From assembly GCA_045105515.1 (NCBI GenBank), contig JBGCDR010000108.1, positions 1-64,000 on the forward strand: DNA of 64,000 nucleotides, in the 5' to 3' direction. Below, piece by piece: positions 31,548 to 40,679 of the stretch (its first letter is position 1; each line of letters begins with the position of its first letter). The DNA comes from Oligoflexales bacterium. GTDB taxonomy: Bacteria; Bdellovibrionota_B; Oligoflexia; Oligoflexales; Bog-1112. The translations under genes and the position numbers were made by a program. Under the pieces are notes generated by a model that saw only the letters and a program-made list of their open reading frames with translations, did no database searches and was not told where the DNA came from.

Positions 31548-32486
31548 TCAGTTTTGGCTCAATACAAAATGGCGAACCCCGGAGATTGCAGCCTTACCCA
31601 TGGCTTCCACGCTCTCCACAGCATTACCAGCTATGTGCGGAGTCGCTAAAAGATTGCTAAGACCAAGAAATTCCTGATCTTTACAGGGTTCATCCTCATA
31701 AACATCGATACCAGCAGCAAAAATTGTTTGCTTCTCAAGAGCCACTTTTAATTGTTCTTGGTCTACCACTTCACCACGGCTGGTATTGATAAGGATGGTT
31801 TTTGACCCCATTTTCAAGAGGTTTGCTTCATCAATTAAATGCCTTGTTGCATTGGTTAATGGGACATGAAGGCTGACAATATCTGAATTTTCTAGCAATT
31901 CATGCAAGGATAGCTGCTCAGCGCCTAAGTCAGCACAAAACGCTCTTTTATCGAGGATATCGCATACAAAAACCTTGCAATTAAATGCTACTAAAAGCTT
32001 AGCAACCTGGCTACCTATAGCTCCACAACCGATGATACCTACGGTCTTTCCCCAAAGTTGCTGACCACCATTTTTTCGCCAGGTTCCATTCTTAAGTAGA
32101 TGATCCGAAAAGCTTATATTTCTCAGTATTGAAATCATCATCCCAATGGTCATTTCAGCCACTGCATGGCGGTTTACTCCAGGGGTGTGAAAAATCTGGA
32201 TCCCGCGGTCTTTGCAGGCTGCATGGTCAATTGTGTCTAGGCCTACCCCATACTTCGAAATTGCCCGGAGCTGAGGGAGGTTATTTAAGGTTTGCTCATC
32301 GATCTGCTCTTTACCGATAATGGCTACCTCAGCATTTTCTAAAAAGCATATCAGCGCCTCTTGGTCCATTTCATAAGGGGTTTTGCAATAGCGAACCGTC
32401 CATTGAGCAAACTCTTCAGATAGCAGTGATCTAAGGTTTTTATTTTTGGCAAAACTCGGGGAGCAAACTCCCATGATCCTGCTCAT
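31548..32486 (-). CDS. D-3-phosphoglycerate dehydrogenase-like (D-2-hydroxyacid dehydrogenase)
   Basis: YGVGLD, GIIGCGAIG, SLHVP, INTSRG, DVYEDEP, TPHIAG; no ACT domain. Confidence 0.9.
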   Translation of the reverse strand: MSRIMGVCSPSFAKNKNLRSLLSEEFAQWTVRYCKTPYEMDQEALICFLENAEVAIIGKEQIDEQTLNNLPQLRAISKYGVGLDTIDHAACKDRGIQIFHTPGVNRHAVAEMTIGMMISILRNISFSDHLLKNGTWRKNGGQQLWGKTVGIIGCGAIGSQVAKLLVAFNCKVFVCDILDKRAFCADLGAEQLSLHELLENSDIVSLHVPLTNATRHLIDEANLLKMGSKTILINTSRGEVVDQEQLKVALEKQTIFAAGIDVYEDEPCKDQEFLGLSNLLATPHIAGNAVESVEAMGKAAISGVRHFVLSQN

Positions 32487-32646
32487 GAAATAGCCTTAAT
32501 CACATAAATTGCAATTAAAGTTGCAAGAAATCCAAGTATAAAGAAGCTATAAAGCTTAAAGCGCCTAATACTGTTAACAGATTCTTCTCTAGCTTGATTT
32601 TTGAAGTCCTCGGCCTGTGCACTCATAAAGAATAAACTGCCCATAA

Positions 32647-33558
32647 CTAGAATAGATAGATGAAACGATCCAAGGTCAGGGCTCCAAAAACTCCAAACAC
32701 ATACAAGCAGGAATAGTGAAAGAAAGGCATAGCCCTTTCGTTGGAAGCAGAAGAATATAGCTGATAAGCATCAAAAGCAAACTTTAGTGTAAGGCCCATG
32801 CTGAGTATAAAATAAGCAATACCTGCTTGCTTAAATACAAACAAGGACGCTACACATGGAATGAGGGTTAGCGTGTAGAGAAACATAACTAGGCGAGTCT
32901 TATGTTCCCCGTGAATGACTGGATACATTGGAATACCAGCTTGAGCATAGTCTTCTTTGTATTTGAGTGCTAATGCCCAGAAGTGGGGGGGAGTCCACAA
33001 AAATATCACTGCGAAAAGCACCCATGCAGGCCATGAAAGGCTACCTGTTATGGCTGCCCAGCCGATTAAGGGGCCAACTGCTCCTGCTGCGCCACCGATT
33101 ACGATGTTCTGGTCCGTTCTTTTCTTCAGGTATAAAGTATAGATCAAGACATAAAATAGGTGGCCTGATAGTGCCGTTAGAGCTGCAATTGGACTAGCAT
33201 AGGCATAAAGCATACCAATTCCCAAAAAACCTAAAATTAGGCCGAAAATTGTAGCTGATTCCCTGGTGATCCTACCACTCGCTAAAGAGCGACGTTTAGT
33301 TCGGTGCATCTGGACATCGATGTCGGTCTCTACCACTTGATTAAAGACTGCTGCTGATGCTGATGCTAGGCTCGCTCCAAGAATGGCTACAATAGACTTA
33401 AATAAATTTGGTAAGCCTCCAGCAGCAAGAAGTAGGCTTGGGATCACAGTAACCGCAACGAGTAGAGTGATCGTAGGCTTTGTTAGACTGAAATAGTCAA
33501 GAACCTTATCTCTGCTCAAGGCCCTCGGGTTTGATTTGTGAATCGCTTCGACTTTCAT
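32647..33558 (-). CDS. cyoE: Protoheme IX farnesyltransferase (heme o synthase)
   Basis: LTKP, D.D..M.RT..R, YT..LK.RT.QNIVIGG.AGA..PLIGW, WTPPHFWALA, DY..AG.PM; probable start ATG 33558 (track extends to 33648). Confidence 0.96.
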   Translation of the reverse strand: MKVEAIHKSNPRALSRDKVLDYFSLTKPTITLLVAVTVIPSLLLAAGGLPNLFKSIVAILGASLASASAAVFNQVVETDIDVQMHRTKRRSLASGRITRESATIFGLILGFLGIGMLYAYASPIAALTALSGHLFYVLIYTLYLKKRTDQNIVIGGAAGAVGPLIGWAAITGSLSWPAWVLFAVIFLWTPPHFWALALKYKEDYAQAGIPMYPVIHGEHKTRLVMFLYTLTLIPCVASLFVFKQAGIAYFILSMGLTLKFAFDAYQLYSSASNERAMPFFHYSCLYVFGVFGALTLDRFIYLF

Positions 33559-33686
33559 ATTTTTCTTATACCTTTTAGCCCTATGAAGCTCTACGGAGAG
33601 CGCATGAAGAATATTCAGATTCTTTATGCATTGCGACGAGGCCTGCATGAGAGAAACTACTTAAGTAGCACAGATTGTATTAATTT

Positions 33687-33836
33687 CTATGGAAATCTTT
33701 GAACCCAACCCATCCACATTGGGAACCATACGCATACAAAGAAAAGAATGGGAAAAAGTATGATAATTCCGCAGATTTGAAACCAACCAGCATTTTCTTT
33801 TGCAAGGTCCCTTGCTTTATTATCGTCGCTGCTCAT
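33687..33836 (-). CDS. Small membrane protein (49 aa), absent from ORF track
   Basis: Manual translation MSSDDNKARDLAKENAGWFQICGIIILFPILFFVCVWFPMWMGWVQRFP*; RBS AAGGAG 6 nt upstream; one TM helix. Confidence 0.65.
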   Translation of the reverse strand: MSSDDNKARDLAKENAGWFQICGIIILFPILFFVCVWFPMWMGWVQRFP

Positions 33837-34074
33837 TTCTCGCTCCTTTAAAACTCATCCGCTTACCGGTAGATGGTATATGCCACCTCTAACATAGGAT
33901 GAACTATAAACGAAGTCCAAGTTAAACTTTGCATGTAAAGGCATAGTGTTTGCTAATGCGGGGGTCTGTTATGGGCCCTGGGAGGTAGGGTAATCTGTGA
34001 TGCAATCTGTCATCGCCCCAACGAAGTAGGGTTAGGAGACCTCACTCTAAGTGTATTTGTCCCCTAAGTACTTG

Positions 34075-34102
34075 GTCACCTCGACCTTGTGGAGAGGTCT
34101 CC
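34075..34102 (+). repeat. REP-like element copy
   Basis: GTCACCTCGACCTTGTGGAGAGGTCTCC is identical to 46842-46869. Confidence 0.85.
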
Positions 34103-34120
34103 CTCTTCACTCATCTAGCT

Positions 34121-36505
34121 TCAATGCTTCATCGTTTTTTTCTTGTACTCAGCTCTGGCTCGGCGTTTATGCATCATGTTAGGAAAGATGGTTACCATTG
34201 AACGCTTGCTGCCCAGATAACGATATACTGCGTAATTTCTCCATACTCGCTGCACATACTTTCTCGTTTCGCCAAAAGGGATCATCTCTGCCCAAAGTAG
34301 TTTCATCGGGTGAACCCGGCGCCTAATCCACATATCCACTGCATACTCTCCTGCGTTGTATGCAGCAATTACAGCTGGGAGAAACTTTTTATATTTAAGC
34401 CCCAGCAGCTTTATATAAGTGCTGCCAAGTCGAATGTTGATCTTTGGTTCAAAAAGCCTGTCTTTGGTACTGTCCCATTTAAGTCCAGACAAGGAAGTAA
34501 GTCGCCTAGCGGTTGGCTTAATGATCTGCATTAATCCCATGGCTTTAGCTGAACTTATGGCTTTGGAGTCGAACATACTTTCTTGGCGGGTGATGCCATA
34601 CAGCAGAGCCAGGTCTACTGATTCGTTTGTTGCTTGGCGCTTATAATGCTTAGCATAGGCTCGAGGAAAATAAATATGTACTTGTTCTGGCCAATCTTGC
34701 CAAAACTCCTCATTACGAATAATGAGTTCGTAAGTAAGGTTCATTGCTCGTTCAAAGTTTTCAACTGCATAAAGCATTCGACTTAAGTAAATAAACGCCT
34801 CTTCATCAGGATCTGTCTTAGCAAGCTGAATTGCCGATGAATAAATATTTTCACTTGGTAGCATAGCCCAAGCTTTCAAACCTGCAAAAAGCAAGAGCTC
34901 GGATTTAGCTAAATATGAAGAAAGGGGCTCCGTTCCTCTAAGAATCGAAGTTTTATATGAATTGGTTTTTTTGAGGTTTGATTCGAGTTTTTTTGGCTCA
35001 GGAAAGAGTTTTTGCCAGCTTTGGCTGTCTGTCATTCCAGCTTCTTTAGGTGCCACCACATGATAAAAACTCAAAGGATATTCCTTTGCTAACACTGCCA
35101 GATATTGATCCCTTTGTGTGTTTGCTCCTTTTTGGTGGTGGAGGTAGCTCAGCCAAAATAAGACCTTGGCTTTGATTTCGTCATCAGCTGTTTCATCTAA
35201 TAGTTCCTGCCAGGCTGCAACTGCTTTGGAAATCCTTCCATCTAGGTATTCATAAAGCCCCAAATACCATTTAAGTGTATGGGTCCATTCTTTTGATATA
35301 TGAGGGGTCTGAAGCGCAGCCTTTGTCAATGCCGCAGCGTGTGCATACTCATTTTGTTCGACTGCTATACGAAAAGAAAGGATATGGTATGCCTCGGCTT
35401 TATATCCAGCCAGTTCTTCACTTATGCTAGCAGTGAGCACATCAACTAGATTGTGGGCATTAGATATTAACTCCAGTGCATTTTGCACGAAGACTTTCGC
35501 GTTCTGGTAATCTCCAATCAAGGCACGGTACCTTGCGGCCCATAAGGAGTCATTTATATGTCTGAGTGTGAACTCATGATTCTCTAGGCCCATACTTTTT
35601 GGAGATAAACCAGGCAGTTCCCAAGCCGACATCAAAGCTTTATAGTAACGCGCAGCCTCTGGGCGGCCATCATTTGCTCTTAGTAGTTTTACCAAATGTT
35701 CATAGCTAGCGACTGCAATCACATGGTCCTCACGGCGGGAGGATCTTTCGGCTATGCCTCCTGCCTCAGTAAAGGTACGAATTGCTAAATGTTCTTCATC
35801 ATCGCATTTTTCTGCGAGACCCTGCCAATATTTTAAGGTTGCTGGACTAAGGGTAGTAAACCATGCTTTCCACTGGTAAGAATCAGGCATTCCCATTTTG
35901 CAGTATTTTTCTGATAGCTCCTCAAGTAGAGGATCATCTTCTGGGATTCCAGGTCTACTTGGAGGAAAGAGGGTATCTTGCCCCTGTTTGCTTTGTATTT
36001 TCTGAGTTGGCCTCTTCATTAAAGTTTTGAGATAGGGAATAAGCGACTCTTTGGAAGTGAAGCCTGCATCGGCTAAATATTGGCTGTTTCTTCCCTGCTG
36101 AGTTTCTTTGAGAACCAAGCTTGCTAGAAGCCCAAGGTCCTTAGGGCTTTCAATTTGTTTGAGATAATTCTGAAACCAGCCTTCAAAAGCTTTTTTAGCA
36201 AATTCACCCTTCGCAATGTTCATTGATTGCTGCCAATACTCTCCAGCATCAGCTAGCGCACTTTTTTGTTCATAGCTCATCGCTGTTAGCATGAGTTTGA
36301 CATCATTTACTAAAGGAGCTAGGTGCTTGGTGTCACCCTGTTCTAATACTTTTTCCAGATCAGCTAATTGTTGGCTTGGTGAACGGAAGAATTCGTCAAG
36401 TTTTTCGGATTGCTCAAGGTTAGCAAGAGGTCCCTTTTGTTCATGGACGCAGGTCGTTAGTAGGCTAAGGGACCAGATACTGGTGAGCATGCGAAATACG
36501 AACAT
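34121..36505 (-). CDS. Soluble lytic transglycosylase (Slt70-like) with TPR-like helical region, probable lipoprotein
   Basis: ITRQESMF (catalytic Glu), AMGLMQI, AYNAG, IPFGETRKYV; N-terminal LLTT|C. Confidence 0.9.
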   Translation of the reverse strand: MFVFRMLTSIWSLSLLTTCVHEQKGPLANLEQSEKLDEFFRSPSQQLADLEKVLEQGDTKHLAPLVNDVKLMLTAMSYEQKSALADAGEYWQQSMNIAKGEFAKKAFEGWFQNYLKQIESPKDLGLLASLVLKETQQGRNSQYLADAGFTSKESLIPYLKTLMKRPTQKIQSKQGQDTLFPPSRPGIPEDDPLLEELSEKYCKMGMPDSYQWKAWFTTLSPATLKYWQGLAEKCDDEEHLAIRTFTEAGGIAERSSRREDHVIAVASYEHLVKLLRANDGRPEAARYYKALMSAWELPGLSPKSMGLENHEFTLRHINDSLWAARYRALIGDYQNAKVFVQNALELISNAHNLVDVLTASISEELAGYKAEAYHILSFRIAVEQNEYAHAAALTKAALQTPHISKEWTHTLKWYLGLYEYLDGRISKAVAAWQELLDETADDEIKAKVLFWLSYLHHQKGANTQRDQYLAVLAKEYPLSFYHVVAPKEAGMTDSQSWQKLFPEPKKLESNLKKTNSYKTSILRGTEPLSSYLAKSELLLFAGLKAWAMLPSENIYSSAIQLAKTDPDEEAFIYLSRMLYAVENFERAMNLTYELIIRNEEFWQDWPEQVHIYFPRAYAKHYKRQATNESVDLALLYGITRQESMFDSKAISSAKAMGLMQIIKPTARRLTSLSGLKWDSTKDRLFEPKINIRLGSTYIKLLGLKYKKFLPAVIAAYNAGEYAVDMWIRRRVHPMKLLWAEMIPFGETRKYVQRVWRNYAVYRYLGSKRSMVTIFPNMMHKRRARAEYKKKTMKH

Positions 36506-36541
36506 GAATGCTCCTATCCGAGAAGAATGATTAAATACTTT

Positions 36542-37534
36542 TTACCACCGTCCTTCAATTTGAAAAACTCTGGGTTTACCATCTAGAATCAGACCCAACA
36601 TATTCTTTCTCGCAATCATTTGACCAGCTTTTCGAACTCTGCCCAATTTAACTCTGCTATAAAGTGTCTCAATATTGTCAGTTCTATGGATTTCTAGAAA
36701 ACGATCATGAAAAAGATAGCTATGTTGTCCATCATGAAAATCTGCGAGTACCAACTTTCGCTTTCCTTCTACGGGTATTGTTTTTTGGATGGTCCCATTT
36801 TCATTCAGTACTAGGATGGTGTGGCGCGTATGCACAGCAATTTCTGATTCCGTCTGCCTTATTCCAATGAAAGGATATTTAATTTCGAGCAGTAGCTGGG
36901 GTCGTTTACCTTTTTTTGTATATGAATAAGTTAGGAGCTTATTCTTACGAATAGCCCAAAGCTTCTCTTTTTTAAGATCAAATAAAACTCGATCAGTCTT
37001 TCTAAGTCTTGGATGACTTCGCCATTTAGCTAGGACTGATTCCTTTTGATTCATAGACCAAACTCCGTTTGACCTAATCCAAAAGAAACGACTATTTTCA
37101 ATTTGAAACCCGTGGGATCGATGTTCAATGCCTAGTTTTTCAGAAGCTTGAAATTCAAACACTTTGAGGGGATGGAAGCTAATTTTATAGAGTTTTTTAT
37201 GACTTGCAACCATGAGCCCTTTATTCCAAGTTGCAATATACCTTAATGTTTCATCAGGAGCTGGTGCTTCATTCTTGATAAGATTGATTTCGAGAAGTTT
37301 CTTACCCTTGAAGTTCCATTTCCAAAGTGAGCGTTTTCCAGCGATCCAAAGTCCACGCTGATGGTCAAGGGCGATCGAAGCAGCTGGCATATCCATATCA
37401 AGTCTTTGTTGTTGGTAAGTCTGAAGGCTGAGTTCTATGGTTGCTAGCAACTTATCGGAAGCAGCCAAACATGCTTTAGATTCCATCCACAACAAGGGTA
37501 TGCAGTTCATTAAAAAAAGCAAATGGTGTTTCAT
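36542..37534 (-). CDS. Exported hypothetical protein, possible beta-propeller
   Basis: Signal-peptide-like N-terminus; repeated LWI/LW short strands; basic composition. Confidence 0.55.
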   Translation of the reverse strand: MKHHLLFLMNCIPLLWMESKACLAASDKLLATIELSLQTYQQQRLDMDMPAASIALDHQRGLWIAGKRSLWKWNFKGKKLLEINLIKNEAPAPDETLRYIATWNKGLMVASHKKLYKISFHPLKVFEFQASEKLGIEHRSHGFQIENSRFFWIRSNGVWSMNQKESVLAKWRSHPRLRKTDRVLFDLKKEKLWAIRKNKLLTYSYTKKGKRPQLLLEIKYPFIGIRQTESEIAVHTRHTILVLNENGTIQKTIPVEGKRKLVLADFHDGQHSYLFHDRFLEIHRTDNIETLYSRVKLGRVRKAGQMIARKNMLGLILDGKPRVFQIEGRW

Positions 37535-37637
37535 TGCAATTCTCGCAAAGCACTTTGGTATAAAGGGTTAAAATCTATTTTTTGCTTGGTGGGTTTCTTC
37601 CCATTGTAACACCTGTTTTGATTGGTGTCACTCGCTT

Positions 37638-38030
37638 CAATGCACCAGTCATCACGATTGTAATGGAAGGATCTCTCGACTCGCTGGGGCTCACTTCGAG
37701 ATGACGACGTGGTTAGGCAATCTTAGTCATGGATCACCTAAGCCTCACACTCTGTGTTCGAGGTGATGACGGGTGGGTATCCCGACTACAATGCGTCAGT
37801 CATCCGACTGCAATGGACCGGTCATCCCGACCACAATGCGCCAGTCAACCGACTGCAATGGACCGGTCATCCCGACCACAATGCGCCAGTGATCCGACTG
37901 CAATGGACCGGTCATCCCGACCACAATGCACCAGTCATCCGACTGCAATGGACCGGTCATCCCGACCACAATGCGCCAGTGATCCGACTGCAATGGACCG
38001 GTCATCCCGACTGTAGTGGAGGGATCTCCC
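37638..38030. repeat. Composite REP-like cluster with 45-bp higher-order tandem array
   Basis: GTCATCCCGA at 37821, 37866, 37911, 37956, 38001 (period 45 = 23 + 22 bp related subunits) plus a degenerate unit near 37776; ends in GTCATCCCGACTGTAGTGGAGGGATCT; inverted copies at about 37669-37705 and 37731-37770. Confidence 0.92.
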
Positions 38031-38040
38031 CCGTATAATG

Positions 38041-39075
38041 CTAAATTGGGGCTAAGGTTAGGATAATTTCAGAAAGAATCAAATCATCGGGGAGCTTAGA
38101 TGAGCTTTTAAAGTTCATATCTGCATTTTGACATAGCTCTAAGCAGGTTATCAGGCGCTTGTAGGACAAGCTACGAGCATAGCGAGTATAGTTGTTGACC
38201 ACAGAAAACGGCATCCGTAAGTTACGAGCCATCTCTGATGAAGGGATATTATTTTTTATCGCTGCAAGCACTTTCAAACTTGTGCGTAGATGACGAGCGA
38301 GGATTCCTAAAATTGCAATGGAACTTTCACCACGCCCTAAAAGGTCTAGGACTAGGGCTTGGGCTTTATGCGGATTGTTATCTAGTAAGTACTGACTCAA
38401 GGCGAATGCATGATCTTCTTTCAATAAGCCTAAGTACGGAGAGATATCTTTTGCACTTAAGGCTTCCTTACGATCGAGAAAAACCAAAGCTAATTTTCTT
38501 AGTTCATTTTCCAATTTAAATAAATCTTCACCGAGGGTCTCGAGTAGTAGCATCACTCCAGACTGATCCAGGTGAACCCCTACTTCTTTCATCACCGATT
38601 TGACGAGGGTGGGAAAATCTCTAGGACTTGGGTCAAAGGAGGGGACTAAGTGAGCTTTGATGCGGGTACATTCTTTGCTGATTGCTTGAGGTAAGGAATT
38701 AGTTTTGTAGCTAAAACAAATAGGGCTCTGTAAGCTGGTGGAGCTTGGAATCAGCTTCAAGTATTTAGAAATATCTTTTTTCTTTTCAACCCGTGGGATG
38801 AGGTAAAGAGGGTCGGGTTCGAACATATTGCGCTCTTCCCATAGCGCTGTAAACTGCTGTGGATTCTGGATATCTTTTTGCTCAAGGGTTTGAGGGCTGG
38901 TTTTAAATGTTTGGGACCATGTTTGTTTTAAGCTGAGCAAGGCTTTATGGAGCAGGTATTCGTTTGCTCCCCAAATCCAAATGACCTGTGAGGTCTGAGA
39001 TTTGTTCCAAAGCTTGCTGATTTCTGCAAGTCTTTGCTTGTGCTCATGGATGTCAGGTTTTTTGTAGCTCGACAT
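38041..39075 (-). CDS. holA: DNA polymerase III subunit delta
   Basis: WIWGANEYL, ERNMF, LGEDLFKLENELRKL, F.L..., ILGIL.RHLR, ADMNFKSS; size typical. Confidence 0.85.
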   Translation of the reverse strand: MSSYKKPDIHEHKQRLAEISKLWNKSQTSQVIWIWGANEYLLHKALLSLKQTWSQTFKTSPQTLEQKDIQNPQQFTALWEERNMFEPDPLYLIPRVEKKKDISKYLKLIPSSTSLQSPICFSYKTNSLPQAISKECTRIKAHLVPSFDPSPRDFPTLVKSVMKEVGVHLDQSGVMLLLETLGEDLFKLENELRKLALVFLDRKEALSAKDISPYLGLLKEDHAFALSQYLLDNNPHKAQALVLDLLGRGESSIAILGILARHLRTSLKVLAAIKNNIPSSEMARNLRMPFSVVNNYTRYARSLSYKRLITCLELCQNADMNFKSSSKLPDDLILSEIILTLAPI

Positions 39076-40657
39076 TTTCTTTGTACTCTGTTTTTAGCAA
39101 AACCGTATGATCTATCGTTTCTTCGAAAAACTTTTTTTCTTTACAAATTTTATATAGATCCACTTCGGGTGCGTGTTGCGATCCAGTCTGAAACACAAAC
39201 TCCAGACTCCGATCAATCTGGTGTAGTTCAATACTTGTGATGTGACCTTGTCTAGTCCTATTTGCAGCAGCAGCAATTCTCAGTATGCTGGCCAAAAAAT
39301 TTATCCGCTTACAGTTCTTACCACTTAGCTCGCGGCAGTCATAGTGTTTTAGATTTGCTTTGCCCTTGCGATGGAAGCGGGCCACGAGGCCGATCATTTG
39401 GCGTTCTTTTTGTGAAAATCCCATCAAACGACTGTTGGCAATTAGATATAGTGAGTGTTTATGATACTTTGAGTAGCTTATAGACTTTCCACATTCGTGT
39501 AACCATGCCGCTGCTTTTAAAATTCCGCGATCAGAAATTTGTACCCCACTTGCCTCTTTAGTATAGCTAGGCCTTATCTTTCCGAGCTGATCAAAGATCT
39601 CGAGAGCCAGCTTGCTGACTTGTTTGGCGTAATCCTGATTGATTTCATACTTCTTTCCAAGTGCAAGGATGTTCTTCCAGCGAATATCGTCAAATCCCTT
39701 AGTCTGGGGACCATGCAAGCGCGCAATGGTATCCAGAACTAGGCCTTCACGCAGCCCATAGCCTGAAATAATCCATTCATCTACTGCAAATAGCTTGCTG
39801 ATTTGATTCAGAATACTTGAACCTGCAAGGATGATATGAGCTCTGTCTTCATCGAGATGCCAGCGATCCTTGATCTGCTTGGGGTTACGCAGTTTATGGA
39901 GGCTATTGGTTAATTGTTTGATTTCCTCCACTTTCAAGTGGTATCCGTTGGCATCGTCGAGCTTCTTTTCCTGAAACTCCTGAGAGTGCATTTGTGCCAG
40001 AGTCTTGGCAGCACCTGAGCAAATCACGGCGCAGTCAAATTTTAGCTTGCTAACATGCTCGCATAGAGGGCCAAGTTTGAGCTGTACCTCGTGCTCAAGG
40101 TTTTTGATGTGCTCCTTTTTAATGGAGCGCCCTTTAAGGAAGCTTTTGTTAAGGCTTACAGCGCCTAGTTCAAGTGATCTCACGAGACTGACGCGGTGGT
40201 CTTGGCAAATAATGATCTCGGTTGAACCGCCCCCAATATCTACGCCGAGAAAAGTTTTACCTTTGAGAGCTAGCCCTTCTTGCATGCCAAGAGACACCAA
40301 GCGAGCTTCTTCTTCGCCGTCTATTAAGGAAACGTGTATTCCGCTCTCATCATATATTTTCTGAAAAAAATCTCTGTGATTACGGGCGCTTCTAGTAGCG
40401 TGGGTAGCAACTACCCGGTAGACTGGTTGGTAAGATGATGCTATTGCCTGCATTTGTTTTAAAGCTTTGATGGTTTTGTCAAAAGCAGCAGGGACAAGCA
40501 TATTGTCCGCATCTAAATCTTCTCCTAAGCGCAAAACTGCTTTATCTGTATCAAGAATGCGGATGTGCCCATCTTCGTTGCGTTTAGCAATAAGTAGGTG
40601 AACAGAATTGGTGCCAATATCTATTGCTGCTATGGGTTGGCTCGGTGAACTCATCAA
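39053..40657 (-). CDS. ppx: Exopolyphosphatase Ppx/GppA with HD domain
   Basis: AAIDIGTNS, ATHATR.A.N, GEEEARL, DIGGGSTE, GLREG, LHECG, ARFHRK. Confidence 0.95.
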   Translation of the reverse strand: MMSSPSQPIAAIDIGTNSVHLLIAKRNEDGHIRILDTDKAVLRLGEDLDADNMLVPAAFDKTIKALKQMQAIASSYQPVYRVVATHATRSARNHRDFFQKIYDESGIHVSLIDGEEEARLVSLGMQEGLALKGKTFLGVDIGGGSTEIIICQDHRVSLVRSLELGAVSLNKSFLKGRSIKKEHIKNLEHEVQLKLGPLCEHVSKLKFDCAVICSGAAKTLAQMHSQEFQEKKLDDANGYHLKVEEIKQLTNSLHKLRNPKQIKDRWHLDEDRAHIILAGSSILNQISKLFAVDEWIISGYGLREGLVLDTIARLHGPQTKGFDDIRWKNILALGKKYEINQDYAKQVSKLALEIFDQLGKIRPSYTKEASGVQISDRGILKAAAWLHECGKSISYSKYHKHSLYLIANSRLMGFSQKERQMIGLVARFHRKGKANLKHYDCRELSGKNCKRINFLASILRIAAAANRTRQGHITSIELHQIDRSLEFVFQTGSQHAPEVDLYKICKEKKFFEETIDHTVLLKTEYKENVELQKT

Positions 40658-40679
40658 TATAGATCCTTAAAGCAGGTTC

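Noticed and set aside
37776..38030. CRISPR array
   Set aside because: The sequence between GTCATCCCGA motifs is itself repeated, there are no unique spacers, and no cas genes are present.
37729..38038. Repeat-protein ORFs (95, 94 and 69 aa)
   Set aside because: Open frames result from the 45-bp (multiple of 3) period; no convincing RBS and several frames are open at once.
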